Assembly: GCA_965215565.1 (NCBI GenBank)
Contig: CBDCDZ010000004.1
Span: 2,752,001-2,816,000 of the forward strand
Reading direction: 5' to 3'
DNA from: Trueperaceae bacterium
GTDB taxonomy: Bacteria > Deinococcota > Deinococci > Deinococcales > Trueperaceae
Length of the DNA: 64,000 bases
Shown: piece by piece, positions 28,989-40,105 of the stretch
Numbering within the stretch: the stretch's first letter is position 1
Layout of the letters: every line of letters starts with the position of its first letter
Position numbers and translations under genes: made by a program
The notes under the pieces: generated by a model
Seen by the model: only the letters and a program-made list of their open reading frames with translations
Database searches by the model: none
Told to the model about the DNA's origin: nothing

Positions 28989-29869
28989 GCGATAAGAATA
29001 AAAACAAGAAATCCCCGCTGGTTACAGGCAAAGACCGAAAGTCCGCCGATTCTTTAGCGAACAACGACGGCACCCTCGAGACCGGGTCCAACCTGCCGCA
29101 AGAGAGTGACCCTACAACCGCGCCCATTATTACGGGCGTAGATACGAACGAGCCCGTCGATCCGAACCCCACCTCGCTCGGCGAGACGCCCTCGCCCACC
29201 GAGCGCTCACTAAACACCGAGGACAAGCTGAGGGACTCGTACGGGCGTCCGATCGGCAGCACGGACATAGGGAGTACGGGCAGCCCAGGCTACCCCCGTC
29301 CGTCGGACCGCACGACAGATATAGACACCTCAGGTATGGGCACCTCCAACACGGGGAGCAGCTTCGGTAGCCAGGGTCAGTCCAGCAGCCAGTCGGGACA
29401 AGACACCACCGAGCAAGCCAAGCGCGAAGCGCAGCAGCGCGGCGAGCAAGCGAAGCAGAAAACGCAAGAGGCGCGGCGCGAAGCAGAGCAGGGGGCGCAG
29501 AGAGCGAAGCGCGAAGCGCAGCAACGCGCCAAACAAGCCAAGCGCGGCTTCTCCAAAATGATGGACGAGCAACCCCTTGTCATCGGTTTAGCTGCGGCTC
29601 TAGTCGGCATCTTGGTCGGACTCGCCTTCCCCAGCACCCGCCGCGAAAACGAAATGATGGGCGACGTGAGCGACAGCGCCATTCAACGCGCCAAAGAGGT
29701 GGCGCAAAAGACTCTGGAAACCGCCAAAGAGACCGTGAAAGAAGAGGCGCGGAACCAAGGTCTGACGCCCGAGAGCCTCAAGCAAGAGGTGCAGGATGTA
29801 GCGCAGAAGACGGCAGATGAGGCGCAGAAGACCGCTAAAGAAGAGGCGAAGAAGAAGTCGAATAACTGA
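28985..29869 (+). CDS. LEA-like hydrophilic protein with membrane anchor
   Basis: Disordered N-terminus, AKREAQQR repeats, PL..G.....G...G..FP.TRRE motif. Confidence 0.75.
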   Translation: MSDKNKNKKSPLVTGKDRKSADSLANNDGTLETGSNLPQESDPTTAPIITGVDTNEPVDPNPTSLGETPSPTERSLNTEDKLRDSYGRPIGSTDIGSTGSPGYPRPSDRTTDIDTSGMGTSNTGSSFGSQGQSSSQSGQDTTEQAKREAQQRGEQAKQKTQEARREAEQGAQRAKREAQQRAKQAKRGFSKMMDEQPLVIGLAAALVGILVGLAFPSTRRENEMMGDVSDSAIQRAKEVAQKTLETAKETVKEEARNQGLTPESLKQEVQDVAQKTADEAQKTAKEEAKKKSNN

Positions 29870-29900
29870 AGTCTGTTGCTGCTTTATTTGGGCTCCATTT

Positions 29901-29926
29901 GGGCTCCTCGAGAGGGGAGCCTTTTT
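29901..29926 (+). terminator. Rho-independent terminator
   Basis: ggctcc...ggagcc stem plus T-run. Confidence 0.7.
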
Positions 29927-29975
29927 GTTGGATGCAAACGTCTACGATTGCTCAATCTATAGATGAGCGAAAAAA

Positions 29976-30509
29976 CTAGAACGGGTCGTAGTCGTACTCG
30001 TATAAAAACCAACCGTTGCCTAACTCTTTGCGAGAAGACTTCACAATATAGCCATCCTCAAATATCTCGAGAGCACCCCCACCGCTAACCCACGAGTAAC
30101 CAAAATGTTTGGAGCCGAAGATACCCTCCTGAAAACCTGTCATGAGGTTAACTTTTACACCTTCATCACCCTTATAAACCTCAACCTCTTGCACTTTAGC
30201 GCGTCCCATAGCTCGGTGTAGCGGTCTCTGCTCTTTTGGTGGAGGGTCGAAAATTCTCTGCCACCATGCACGGTGATTTACCGCTTCCACATTAGCAGCA
30301 AGAGCTTCGTGGACAACAGCCTCGAGTTCCCCCTGGTTACGCGCAAAGTGTGGCATTCTGGCGCTTTCGTCAGCTATACCTATAGGTCTGGCAAGTAGTG
30401 AAAAGAATAAGACTGGCGCAATGAGTAGAAGGACTAAAACAAGTTTCACCATAACTATCGCCACTTCGATGTAGCGGTTTGTCGTGCTGCTTCCCTCTTC
30501 AACTGACAT
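29976..30509 (-). CDS. Hypothetical membrane-anchored protein
   Basis: TATACT -10 lies 6 nt before the ATG at 30509; one TM segment; lower GC. Confidence 0.6.
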   Translation of the reverse strand: MSVEEGSSTTNRYIEVAIVMVKLVLVLLLIAPVLFFSLLARPIGIADESARMPHFARNQGELEAVVHEALAANVEAVNHRAWWQRIFDPPPKEQRPLHRAMGRAKVQEVEVYKGDEGVKVNLMTGFQEGIFGSKHFGYSWVSGGGALEIFEDGYIVKSSRKELGNGWFLYEYDYDPF

Positions 30510-30579
30510 TACCAAAGTATAGGTGCCATCTGAGTTGGCTCGCTCAGAAGCGTCACACCTTCTAACCTCTTCTAAACCC

Positions 30580-31482
30580 TCAAAACACCACCGTCTTATT
30601 CCCAAATACGAGCACCCTATCCTCCAAATGCGCCGCCACCGCCTTCGCAAGTACAGCACGCTCAATTTCCCGCCCCACTCTCACAAGGTCTTTCGCCGAC
30701 TCCTTGTGCGACACCCGCGCCACATCCTGCTCGATGATGGGACCTTCGTCCAAATCATCCGTGACGTAGTGCGCGGTCGCGCCGATGAGCTTCACGCCGC
30801 GCTCGTAAGCGTGTTTATAGGGGTTCGCGCCGACGAAGGCGGGCAAGAAGGAGTGGTGGATGTTGAGGATGCGCTGCGGGTAGTGCGCGACGAACTCCGA
30901 GGAGAGAATCTGCATGTAGCGGGCTAAAACGATGAAGTCCACCTCTCCGTCTAAAAGCGCCAACACCTGCGCCTCTTGTTCGGCTTTGGTCTCCTTTGTA
31001 ACGGGTAAGTGGTGAAAGGTCAAGCCAAACGATTCCACCATCTCGCGCAGGTCTTCGTGGTTGGACACGACGAAGGGGATGTCCACGTCGAACTCGCCGC
31101 TGCGGACGCGCCAAAGGAGTTCTAACAAGCAGTGGTCGTACTTGGAAACCATGACGGCCATGCGCTTGGTGTTGTCGGCGTAGGAGATGCGCCAGTTCAT
31201 CGCAAAAGGTTTGGCGACGACGTCAGCGAAGGCGCGCTCGAGCTGCGGGCGCGTCACGTCTAAGTCTTCTAGGTAAAAGACCATGCGCATGAAGAACTCG
31301 CCGCCGGTAGGGTCCGTAGAGTGTTGGGCAGCGTCCAGGACGTTCGCGCCGTGCGCGTAGAGAAACTGCGAGACGGCGGCGACGATGCCGGGGCGGTCCG
31401 GGCAGGAGATGAGGAGTTTGGCGCTCTGACCTTTGGCGTTGTTAGAAGGTTGAGGGTTGGGCGAGAGGGCGTCTGGAGACAT
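30580..31482 (-). CDS. purU: Formyltetrahydrofolate deformylase
   Basis: ACT domain [26 protein letters not shown] and [15 protein letters not shown] motifs. Confidence 0.97.
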   Translation of the reverse strand: MSPDALSPNPQPSNNAKGQSAKLLISCPDRPGIVAAVSQFLYAHGANVLDAAQHSTDPTGGEFFMRMVFYLEDLDVTRPQLERAFADVVAKPFAMNWRISYADNTKRMAVMVSKYDHCLLELLWRVRSGEFDVDIPFVVSNHEDLREMVESFGLTFHHLPVTKETKAEQEAQVLALLDGEVDFIVLARYMQILSSEFVAHYPQRILNIHHSFLPAFVGANPYKHAYERGVKLIGATAHYVTDDLDEGPIIEQDVARVSHKESAKDLVRVGREIERAVLAKAVAAHLEDRVLVFGNKTVVF

Positions 31483-31617
31483 ACCGAAACTCTATCAGGT
31501 GGGCTTATTTTGTGTGCGAACCGTGTAGGGTTGAATATCCCTACGATGAACAGGTGGTTTGGGGATGAAGCTAGCTCGAGCCCGGCGCTGCCCAAACCGA
31601 GCAACCTACGGGCGCGT

Positions 31618-33924
31618 TCACGAGTTACCCCTACTGCGACGAGGTGCGCTGTCCAGCACCGAGCGTCCCAAATATAGCGCAAACGCCGCTGCCGAGACCG
31701 AACGCCCTAGATAATAGCCCTGCGCGTGGTCACAGCCTTGCTCCAATAAGAAATCGGCTTGCGCCTTTGTCTCTACCCCTTCGGCAGTGACGTTGAGCCC
31801 CAGCGCGTCCGCCATGAAGAGGATGGTCTCGACGATAGCGACGTCGCCCGCGTCGCCGGGCACGCCTTGAAGGAAGGAGCGGTCTATTTTAAGGGTTTGA
31901 ATAGGCAGGTTCTTGAGGTACGAGAGTGAGGAGTAGCCCGTCCCGAAGTCGTCAACCGAAACCTCTACGCCGCGTTCATTAAGCTGGCGTAGCAGCGCAA
32001 TTGTATCCTCCAACGGTTCCAAAAAGAGGCTTTCGGTGACCTCTAAGCACACGTGTTCGGATGCCAAACCGCTCTCCTCTAAAACCTCGTCCAGCATGTG
32101 CGTCAGACCCGCCCTTATCTGCGCCGCCGAGACGTTGACGGCGATGGTGAAGGGATGCCCCTCGCTGCGCCACATTTTCGCCTGCCTAAAGGCGGTGCGC
32201 ATGAGCCAGCGGCTCAGGGGTTCGATGAGCCCGGTCTCTTCGGCGAGCGGGATAAAAGTGGCGGGCGCGATCATGCCGCGTTCGGGGTGGGGCCAGCGTA
32301 AGAGCGCCTCCGCCCTGACGACGTGACCCGTTTGTAGGGACCAGATGGGCTGATAGTGGACGACGAACTCGCTGTATTCCAAGGCGCGGCGCAGGTCATT
32401 TTCCAACTCCAAGCGTTCGACTGCTTGCGCGTGCATCGTCTCTTCGAACAGCGCGGTATGCGCCTTGCCACGTTTTTTCGCCTGGTGCAGCGCGGTGTGG
32501 GCGCGGCGCAGCATCTCGGTGGGCGCAATCTCCTCGCCGCTACTGGCGAGCGGCTCGTCCACTAGCGCGACGCCGATGCCGACGCTGAGCCGCTGCTCGC
32601 GCCCTTGAATGTAGAAGGGCTGCGCGAACGCCTCGCGTATCCCCTGGCTCACCCGCATGGCGTCTCTTTGAGCGTCCACGCGCGTAAGCAAGGCGAATTC
32701 GTCGCCGCTCAGGTGCGCTAAGGTGTCCTCCGGCGGTAGTCCTCCTTTTAAGCGCTGCGCTACCCTTCGCAGGAGTTCGTCGCCGAAGTCGTGACCTAGA
32801 CTGTCGTTGATGTTTTGAAAATTGTCGAGGTTGAGCATCAGTAAAGCTTGATTTGCTTGCGCCTCCTCCAAACGCTCCAAGAGGTGCTCGCGGTTGGGGA
32901 GCCCCGTTAGGGAGTCGTGAAGCGTGCGGTAACGCAGCTTCGTCTCGGTCTCCTGCCGCGCCGACGTGACCGCGCCCAGTACCAAGCTAATGAGCGTTAG
33001 TGTCATGAGACCGAACTGCAAAGCTAGACCGCCGCTCCCACCGAAAGAAGGTCCGACGACCGCTGCGATAAAGATGTTCGCTAGCAGCACGGCGAACGCG
33101 ACCACTTCGAAGCCGTACCACACCGCCACAGCGATAAGCGGCACGAAGGCGAAGTAGTCGCGGTTGAGGTTGAGCCCCCGCTGACCCTGGTACGCAAGCG
33201 CAACCCCGAGCACGAGAAAGGCGAACAGCAGCACTCCTAGCCACCATTCACGGCGCGTGGGTAGGCGCAGTTCGACCTTGGAATGGGGCGCGTCGTCCGT
33301 CCATAACCACGGGGTTAGCCGTAAGGAGATGAGGAGGGGCGGCGCGAGTAAGCCTATACCCGTGGCGTCGCCCGCCCAAAACTGCATCGTCCTGAGCAAC
33401 CATTCCCGCCACACTTCTGCGCCCGCTAGCGCCAACGTCGTCACGCTGAAAGCGGCGATGACGAGCGGAAAGAGCGTCGCCGAGAAGAGAAACCAGCTCA
33501 CGTCACGCAGGGTGTAGAGGCGTGGGTTGACCTCCAATCTTTTGAGGAAGAGGACCAAAGCGCCGTAGCCTAACGCTTGAACAAAGGCGTAGAGCATGAT
33601 AAGGGCGTAGACGGCCGCGAGAGGCAGCCCAGATTCGGAGACGAGTGAACCTTTAGCGATGAAAGCGGCGAGGGCGACAGCGGGCAGGTAGCGTAGTCCG
33701 AACACCCACAAAATCACGACGTTCAAAGACGCCGCCGGGAACCAAACTGCCACTTCTGCAGCGGGAACAAAAGCGGAAGAAGCCCAGTCGAGAAGCTGAT
33801 AGCTAAGGACGTAGGCGAGGGTGATAACGGCGGCGCGTGCCCACGCAGGTAGTGCGAGCCAGCGGCGTTCTGCCCAGCTTTGAGGTTCCTTGTTTTGTGG
33901 ACGCACTTGAGTCATCTGATTCAC
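31618..33924 (-). CDS. MASE1-GGDEF-EAL c-di-GMP signalling protein
   Basis: N-terminal TM domain; HDSLTGLPNR, SGDEF, EALLR and DDFGTGYSS motifs. Confidence 0.92.
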   Translation of the reverse strand: MNQMTQVRPQNKEPQSWAERRWLALPAWARAAVITLAYVLSYQLLDWASSAFVPAAEVAVWFPAASLNVVILWVFGLRYLPAVALAAFIAKGSLVSESGLPLAAVYALIMLYAFVQALGYGALVLFLKRLEVNPRLYTLRDVSWFLFSATLFPLVIAAFSVTTLALAGAEVWREWLLRTMQFWAGDATGIGLLAPPLLISLRLTPWLWTDDAPHSKVELRLPTRREWWLGVLLFAFLVLGVALAYQGQRGLNLNRDYFAFVPLIAVAVWYGFEVVAFAVLLANIFIAAVVGPSFGGSGGLALQFGLMTLTLISLVLGAVTSARQETETKLRYRTLHDSLTGLPNREHLLERLEEAQANQALLMLNLDNFQNINDSLGHDFGDELLRRVAQRLKGGLPPEDTLAHLSGDEFALLTRVDAQRDAMRVSQGIREAFAQPFYIQGREQRLSVGIGVALVDEPLASSGEEIAPTEMLRRAHTALHQAKKRGKAHTALFEETMHAQAVERLELENDLRRALEYSEFVVHYQPIWSLQTGHVVRAEALLRWPHPERGMIAPATFIPLAEETGLIEPLSRWLMRTAFRQAKMWRSEGHPFTIAVNVSAAQIRAGLTHMLDEVLEESGLASEHVCLEVTESLFLEPLEDTIALLRQLNERGVEVSVDDFGTGYSSLSYLKNLPIQTLKIDRSFLQGVPGDAGDVAIVETILFMADALGLNVTAEGVETKAQADFLLEQGCDHAQGYYLGRSVSAAAFALYLGRSVLDSAPRRSRGNS

Positions 33925-34054
33925 GTTGCTGCCCTCATACAAACTCCGTATAAATCCGCTGCACCTCAACCATACCCTAAAATTACGCCACACTGAATTC
34001 GGTATTTCAATTTCGAATCTAGCATTTCCAGCCGCGAACGGGTACGCTCGGGCT

Positions 34055-34933
34055 ATGTCTTTTACACTCCGAGGCGTCATTCCTCCCGTCCCCACGCCTT
34101 TTACTAAGTCGGGTGAGCTTGACGTGTCCGCGCTGCAGAGTTTAATCGCGGCGTTAGGGCCCTTTGTAGACGGCTTTCTCATCTTAGGCAGCAACGGCGA
34201 AGCGGTCTTCCTAAGTGAAGAGGAGCGCCGCACCGTGCTGGCGGCGGCGCGAGAGGTCATCCCGAAGGGTAAGCCGCTGATCGCGGGCACGGGCGGCGAA
34301 ACGACGCGGCTCGTGATGGAGCGCAATGAAGTGGCGGCGGAAGTCGGCGCGGATTACGCGCTCGTGTTAGCGCCGCACTACTACAAAGGTGGAATGACGG
34401 AAGAGGTCTTGCGAACCCACTTTGGGCGTGTGGCGGACGAGAGCCCGCTACCGCTCATGCTCTATAACATCCCTGCCGCCACGACGCTCAACCTCTCGCC
34501 TGCGCTTATCGCTACGCTCGCCAAACATAAGAACATCGTCGGGCTCAAAGACTCCTCGGGCAACGTCGGCGCGCTCACCGAGATCATGCGGCTCGTCCCG
34601 GAGGACTTCACGGTCTTTACAGGCAACGCGCCCACCCTCTTAGCGGCACTCTCGCTCGGCGCGAAGGGCGGCATCTTGGCGGTAGCGAACGTCGCGGCGG
34701 AAGAATACGGGCAGATAGTAGCGCACTTTGAAAGAGGTGAGATGGAGCAGGCTCGAGCCCTACAACTCAACATGAACCCGCTCGCCCTAGCCGTCACCTC
34801 TCGCTACGGCGTGCCGGGCTTAAAAGCGGTCTTGAGGCTGCAGGGACACGGGGCGGGCTATCCGCGAGCGCCCCTTCTGGATGTGAGCGAAGAGGTTGTG
34901 AGGGAACTCGAGGGGTTGATCTCGAGCCTCTGA
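34055..34933 (+). CDS. Dihydrodipicolinate synthase family aldolase
   Basis: TPF, GSNGE, LYNIP and GLKDS motifs; leaderless TACGCT -10. Confidence 0.92.
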   Translation: MSFTLRGVIPPVPTPFTKSGELDVSALQSLIAALGPFVDGFLILGSNGEAVFLSEEERRTVLAAAREVIPKGKPLIAGTGGETTRLVMERNEVAAEVGADYALVLAPHYYKGGMTEEVLRTHFGRVADESPLPLMLYNIPAATTLNLSPALIATLAKHKNIVGLKDSSGNVGALTEIMRLVPEDFTVFTGNAPTLLAALSLGAKGGILAVANVAAEEYGQIVAHFERGEMEQARALQLNMNPLALAVTSRYGVPGLKAVLRLQGHGAGYPRAPLLDVSEEVVRELEGLISSL

Positions 34934-34949
34934 GAGCCCGCTCAGATTC

Positions 34950-35052
34950 ATGAATCCCCCCTACGAAGCAGCGCTGTATTCGAATTGAGGTGAGACGGCG
35001 CTGTGTAGGGGCAGGTTTCAAACCTTACCCTACGCCGTCCGCGTTGACGGAC
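34950..35052 (+). repeat. GTAG-type REP-containing repeat, left of ggt
   Basis: GTAGGGGCAGGTTTCAAACCTTACCCTAC at 35005-35033. Confidence 0.75.
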
Positions 35053-35184
35053 CCATGCGTGACGATACGCGGGAGATTTTTGGTGCCCTTACGCTCCTTT
35101 TTCTCATGAGGTAAACTGCGCCATCGCATTCATGAGAGGAGAGTCTATCCGCTTCGGACGAACATCTTTTGAGAGAGGAGCTTC

Positions 35185-36915
35185 ATGAGGTACTTCTGTT
35201 TGGTTTTACTGGTTGTTTTTATGGCGAGTGCCGCCGCGCAGAGCACGCAAACGGGCACGGGCGGCGCAGTCGCCACCGTGGACGAACTCGCCACGCAAGT
35301 TGGCATCCGAGTGTTGGAGGAGGGCGGCAACGCCGTAGACGCGGCGATTGCGGCAGCCGCCGTCATCAACGTCACGCAACCTTTTAGCGCGGGCATCGGC
35401 GGGGGCGGCTTCATGCTGGTATACCTAGCCGAAGAGGACCGTGTGGTCACCATTGATTCGCGCGAGATGGCTCCTCTAGCGGCGACGCCCGACATGTTCA
35501 TCGACGAAGAGACGGGCGAGTCCATCCCTTTTCGTCCAGAGAGAATCTCGAGCGGTCTCTCCGTCGGCGTACCCGGTACCTTGGCGGGCTGGCAAGTTGC
35601 CTTGGAACGCTACGGCACGATCAGCTTGGCGGACGCCCTAGAACCTGCGATTGAGATTGCTGAAGAAGGTTTCGAGGTCAATCAGGTTTTTCATGACCAG
35701 GTAGAGGGAAACTTGGAGAGGTTCGAGGCGTTCACCTCGACGAGTGACCTCTTTTTGGAGGACGGCGCGCCGCCCGAAGTCGGCAGCACCTTCACGAACC
35801 CCGAACTCGCGGAGACCTTTCGCCTGATCGCGGAAGAGGGCACGGATGTTTTGTACCGGGGCGAGCTTGGCGAGGACCTCGTCGCCGCTGTGCAGAGTCC
35901 ACCGACGGTGGATAATCCCCCCTTCGAGGTGCGCCCGCAAGAGATGACGATGGCAGACCTCGACCTCTACGACGCCTTGGTGCGCGAACCCGTGAGCGCC
36001 GAGTATCGCGGCTACACGGTCTACGGCATGGCTCCGCCAACGAGTGGCGGTCTTACCATCGGGCTTATTCTCAACCTCTTGGAATCGCCCGAACTAAGTG
36101 ACTTGCCCGAGGCGGAGGCGCTCCACAGGATGCTCGAGGCGAGCCGCTTGGCCTACTCGGATAGGGGCGCGTATATGGGCGACGCAGACTTCGTGAACGT
36201 CCCCGTGGAGGGGCTTCTCTCCCAAGACTACGCGGACATGAGGAGCGGAGAGATCACGCTCGAGGCGGGCAGCGACCCCGCGCCAGGCAACCCGTTCGAA
36301 TTTCAAGACGACCCGAGCCCGCCCCTCGGACCACCTGATGAAGCCGACACCGAAAGCGAGAGCACCACGCACCTCGTGACGGCGGACGAAGCGGGCAACG
36401 CGGTCAGCTTCACGACGACGATCGAGCAGATTGGTGGCAGCGCCATCGTCGTGCCGGGGCGCGGCTTCTTGCTGAACAACGAACTCACCGATTTCAGCAG
36501 CGATCCGGTAGGACCGAACGCGCCCGAACCGCTCAAACGTCCGCGTTCGTCCATGTCGCCGACGATTGTGCTCGAGGACGGCGACTTGCGCATCGCACTC
36601 GGCACGCCGGGCGGCAGCACCATCATCACAACGGTGACGCAAGTGCTTCTCAACGTGATCGACTTCGAGATGAGCCTGCCCGAAGCCATCAACGCGCCGA
36701 GGCTGTCGCAGCGCAACGGCGACGACACGACGGTTGAGGAGAGCGTGCCCGAGGAACTGCTGACCGAGCTAGGCGTGTTTGGGCACACCTTCAGTGAAAC
36801 GGACGAGCTTGGCGCGTCGGTTGGGCTCTTCTTTACCGAAGAGGGCACGATAGTCGCCGCTGCCGAGGCGGAGCGGCGGGGTGGGGGAACGGCTCGAGTC
36901 GTTTCACCTGAATGA
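35185..36915 (+). CDS. ggt: Gamma-glutamyltransferase
   Basis: GGNAVDAA, GIGGGGF, TTH nucleophile, NNELTDF, PRSSMSP and GTPGG motifs; signal peptide. Confidence 0.96.
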   Translation: MRYFCLVLLVVFMASAAAQSTQTGTGGAVATVDELATQVGIRVLEEGGNAVDAAIAAAAVINVTQPFSAGIGGGGFMLVYLAEEDRVVTIDSREMAPLAATPDMFIDEETGESIPFRPERISSGLSVGVPGTLAGWQVALERYGTISLADALEPAIEIAEEGFEVNQVFHDQVEGNLERFEAFTSTSDLFLEDGAPPEVGSTFTNPELAETFRLIAEEGTDVLYRGELGEDLVAAVQSPPTVDNPPFEVRPQEMTMADLDLYDALVREPVSAEYRGYTVYGMAPPTSGGLTIGLILNLLESPELSDLPEAEALHRMLEASRLAYSDRGAYMGDADFVNVPVEGLLSQDYADMRSGEITLEAGSDPAPGNPFEFQDDPSPPLGPPDEADTESESTTHLVTADEAGNAVSFTTTIEQIGGSAIVVPGRGFLLNNELTDFSSDPVGPNAPEPLKRPRSSMSPTIVLEDGDLRIALGTPGGSTIITTVTQVLLNVIDFEMSLPEAINAPRLSQRNGDDTTVEESVPEELLTELGVFGHTFSETDELGASVGLFFTEEGTIVAAAEAERRGGGTARVVSPE

Positions 36916-36929
36916 TTTGCTGACGCGGC

Positions 36930-37052
36930 GTAGGGGCACATATTTGTCACTGTATGAATCTTCCCTACGGGGTAGCGTTACATTCGGCTACACGTGGTGC
37001 TGATGTAGGGGCAGGTTTGCAACCTTCTCCTACGCCGTTTGCGCCAGCGGAC
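36930..37052 (+). repeat. GTAG-type REP-containing repeat, right of ggt
   Basis: GTAGGGGCAGGTTTGCAACCTTCTCCTAC at 37005-37033, plus a degenerate REP at 36930-36968. Confidence 0.75.
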
Positions 37053-37133
37053 GAATGTTTGAGGCTCGAGAGTCAAAAACCTAACGCCTCATGGCTCACA
37101 TCGCGATTTATATAGCGGCGTTAGGGTCAATCT

Positions 37134-38768
37134 ATGTTCCTGCCCACCTCTTTCCAACGCTACTTGCCGATCGTCAACCAGGTGTGGCGACTTTCCTTGC
37201 CCGTCATCCTGACCTTTTTATTGCAGAGCTTAGTCAACATCGTAGACGTCTTTATGGCGGGGCGGCTCGGTCCTGTTTCAGTGGCTGCGGTGGGCATGGC
37301 GACGACGTTGCGGATGCTCGTCTTCATCGGGATTTTGTCGGTGACTGCGGGCGCGATGGCGCTCGCGGCGCAGGCGAAAGGCTCTCGTGACCCCGCCCAA
37401 CTCTCTTTCGTCGCGAAGCAGTCGCTCTTACTCACCACAATTCTCGCGCTGACATTGAGCGTTCTCGGCTACGTCGCCGCCGAGCCGCTGCTGACCTTTT
37501 TGAACAGCGGCGGCAACCCCGAAGCGGTGGCGCTCGGGACGAGCTATCTACAAATCCTCTTCGTCGGCACGGTTTTTCTCACGGGCAACTTCGCCATCAA
37601 CAGCCTTATGCAAGGCGCGGGTGACACGGTGACGCCGCTTTACCTAAGCGGCGGTACGAACCTGTTCAACATTTTGCTCAGCTACGGGTTGATGTTCGGT
37701 CCTGGTCCGCTGCCTGCTTTTGGACTCGACGGGGCGGCGTTGGGGACGATTCTCGCGAGGATGTTAGCCGTGGGCGTCGGTCTCTACCTCTTGTATTCAG
37801 GTAAGAACGTCGTCAAGATTTTGCCGGGCTCGTACCTGCCTGACCTCTCGATGTTTAGAGACATCCTCGCTATCGGCATTCCGTCAGGATTGCAGGGCGT
37901 AGCGCGCAACGCGGCGCAGCTCTTCGTGATGCGCATCGTGACCTCGACCGCGGCGGGGACGTACGGCGCGGCGGCGCTAGCCATCGGCCTGCAAGTGGAG
38001 TCGTTCGCGTTTATGCCGGGCATCGCTTTGAGCGTCGCGGCGACGAGCCTGGTGGGGCAGTCTTTAGGCGCGTGGCAGCTTGGAGACGCAAGATTGAGGG
38101 GCAATCTGGCGCTCCTCCTCGGCGCGTTGGTCATGTCGGGAATGGCGGTGCCGCTCTTTTTGTTCGCGCCGCAACTCGTCGTGCTGTTCGAGCCGAGCGC
38201 GCATCCGACGGTAGTCTCGGCGGGCGCGTCGTACATCCGTATCAACGCGCTCTTCCAGCCTGTACTAGCAGTTGCGATGGTCATCAACGGCGCGTTACGC
38301 GGTGCAGGCGATACGCGCCCCGGTCTCGTCGGGACGATCATCGGACGGTGGCTCGTGGTTGTGCCGCTCGCTTACGTGCTCGCGATTGTGCTCGGGTTCG
38401 GCGTGCAGGGCGTGTGGTGGTCACTCGTCATCGGCACGTCGGTGCAGGCGCTTTACGTGCTCGTCCGGTGGCGCAGCCGCGTCTGGGTGGACGTGGCGCT
38501 CCACAAGACGAAGCTCTACCGTGACGTGTTGCAACCGCTCCCCGAAAAGGTGCAGTGGCGCTACCTGAACGAAGTGCGCACCCCCTTTATGGCGACGCCC
38601 GATGCGACGGAGCATGTGGACGCGGGCGGCGTGAGGTACGACTTGGGACACAAGACTGTCTACGTCCGCTTTTTCAAAGATGGCTACGAAGTTTTGGATA
38701 GAGAAGAAAATATCAAAGCTAGCGTGAAGGCTTATCCCAGGGTCCAAGTCGCCCCCGCTTACGATTAG
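37134..38768 (+). CDS. MATE family efflux transporter
   Basis: About 12 TM segments; VD..MAGRLG, GAGDT (twice) and LVGQSLGA motifs. Confidence 0.93.
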   Translation: MFLPTSFQRYLPIVNQVWRLSLPVILTFLLQSLVNIVDVFMAGRLGPVSVAAVGMATTLRMLVFIGILSVTAGAMALAAQAKGSRDPAQLSFVAKQSLLLTTILALTLSVLGYVAAEPLLTFLNSGGNPEAVALGTSYLQILFVGTVFLTGNFAINSLMQGAGDTVTPLYLSGGTNLFNILLSYGLMFGPGPLPAFGLDGAALGTILARMLAVGVGLYLLYSGKNVVKILPGSYLPDLSMFRDILAIGIPSGLQGVARNAAQLFVMRIVTSTAAGTYGAAALAIGLQVESFAFMPGIALSVAATSLVGQSLGAWQLGDARLRGNLALLLGALVMSGMAVPLFLFAPQLVVLFEPSAHPTVVSAGASYIRINALFQPVLAVAMVINGALRGAGDTRPGLVGTIIGRWLVVVPLAYVLAIVLGFGVQGVWWSLVIGTSVQALYVLVRWRSRVWVDVALHKTKLYRDVLQPLPEKVQWRYLNEVRTPFMATPDATEHVDAGGVRYDLGHKTVYVRFFKDGYEVLDREENIKASVKAYPRVQVAPAYD

Positions 38769-38934
38769 TCCTCGTTCGCGTAACCTCTTCACAGTGGGTT
38801 GACGGTGGTTCGCCAATGTCCAGCTCGGACCTCTTATCGGAAGCTGTGCTTGGAGCAACAATTTAAGGTAAATTTAAGGTATTTTGGTCATTCGAACATC
38901 CAGAGATTTGTGTGACTCGTGGTAATCTAATCCC

Positions 38935-39969
38935 ATGAGCATGGACGGCGACGGCGCGAATAGACCCCGTAAGTTGGCGGATTACGTGGGGCAAGACAAA
39001 CTCAAAGAGAAGCTGAAGGTGTACCTCGAGGCGACCAAAAATCGCGGCGAAGCCCTCGACCACGTCTTGCTCTACGGTCCCCCCGGACTCGGTAAAACGA
39101 CCTTGGCGCACATCATCGCCTACGAACTCGGCGTGGGCATCCGCACGACGAGCGGTCCTGCGATTGAGAAACCCGGCGACTTGGCCGCCATCTTGACGAA
39201 CGCCATTGACGAAAACGACGTTCTTTTCATCGACGAGATTCACCGCTTAGGGCGCGTCGCCGAGGAGCATCTCTACCCCGCGATGGAAGACTTCAAGGTG
39301 GATATTATCTTAGGACAAGGTCCCGCCGCCCGCACCATCCGCCTCGACTTACCGCGCTTCACGCTTGTAGGCGCAACCACGCGCCCCGGGCTCATCACGG
39401 GACCGATGCGCAGCCGCTTCGGGATTTTGGAGCACCTGGAGTACTACACCACCGAGGAACTCGCGCAAGGGGTGACGAGGGACGCGGAAATCATGGGCTT
39501 TGTTTTAGAACCCGCCGCCGCACTAGAGATAGGACGCCGCGCACGCGGCACCATGCGCATCGCGAAGCGGCTTCTGCGCCGTGTTCGTGACTTCGCGCAA
39601 GTGGCGGGCGAAGAGACCGTCGCGTTAGCGAGAGCGCAGCACGCGCTCAATGAACTCGGCATTGACGGCCTTGGTTTGGACGCAAGGGACCGCCTCATCT
39701 TAGAGACGATGATTTGCAAATTTGCAGGCGGACCCGTGGGTTTAGGCACACTCGCTACGGCAATTGGCGAAGACCAAGCGACGCTAGAAGAGGTCTATGA
39801 GCCCTTTTTGATTCAGCTTGGCTTTATCAAGCGCACGCCGAGAGGTAGGGTTGCCACGGAAAACGCTTACAAGCATCTCGGCTACGCCTACACCCGGAGT
39901 GACCAGCGTGATTTGTTCGAGTTTGACGCGCCCGTAGACGAAGACGACCTCATCAAAGAGGAGAATTGA
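38935..39969 (+). CDS. ruvB: Holliday junction branch migration helicase RuvB
   Basis: [26 protein letters not shown] and RTPRGR motifs. Confidence 0.98.
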   Translation: MSMDGDGANRPRKLADYVGQDKLKEKLKVYLEATKNRGEALDHVLLYGPPGLGKTTLAHIIAYELGVGIRTTSGPAIEKPGDLAAILTNAIDENDVLFIDEIHRLGRVAEEHLYPAMEDFKVDIILGQGPAARTIRLDLPRFTLVGATTRPGLITGPMRSRFGILEHLEYYTTEELAQGVTRDAEIMGFVLEPAAALEIGRRARGTMRIAKRLLRRVRDFAQVAGEETVALARAQHALNELGIDGLGLDARDRLILETMICKFAGGPVGLGTLATAIGEDQATLEEVYEPFLIQLGFIKRTPRGRVATENAYKHLGYAYTRSDQRDLFEFDAPVDEDDLIKEEN

Positions 39970-40020
39970 CGTCGAAGCAGCCTAGCGGCGTTTCCGTAAA
40001 AGTCTGAGCCGACGCACTTC

Positions 40021-40054
40021 CTGGGTAGATAAAAACGAAGTTTTATCTACCCAG
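40021..40054. terminator. Inverted repeat between convergent genes
   Basis: ctgggtagataaaa / ttttatctacccag 14-bp stem. Confidence 0.65.
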
Positions 40055-40105
40055 TCTCGTATCTACCCTATTGAAGACATTTGCGAAGTCGTTAGCGGGC
40101 TTTTA

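Noticed and set aside
33925..34326. N-terminal extensions of the GGDEF-EAL and DapA-family ORFs
   Set aside because: They overlap each other on opposite strands; better starts exist at 33924 and 34055.
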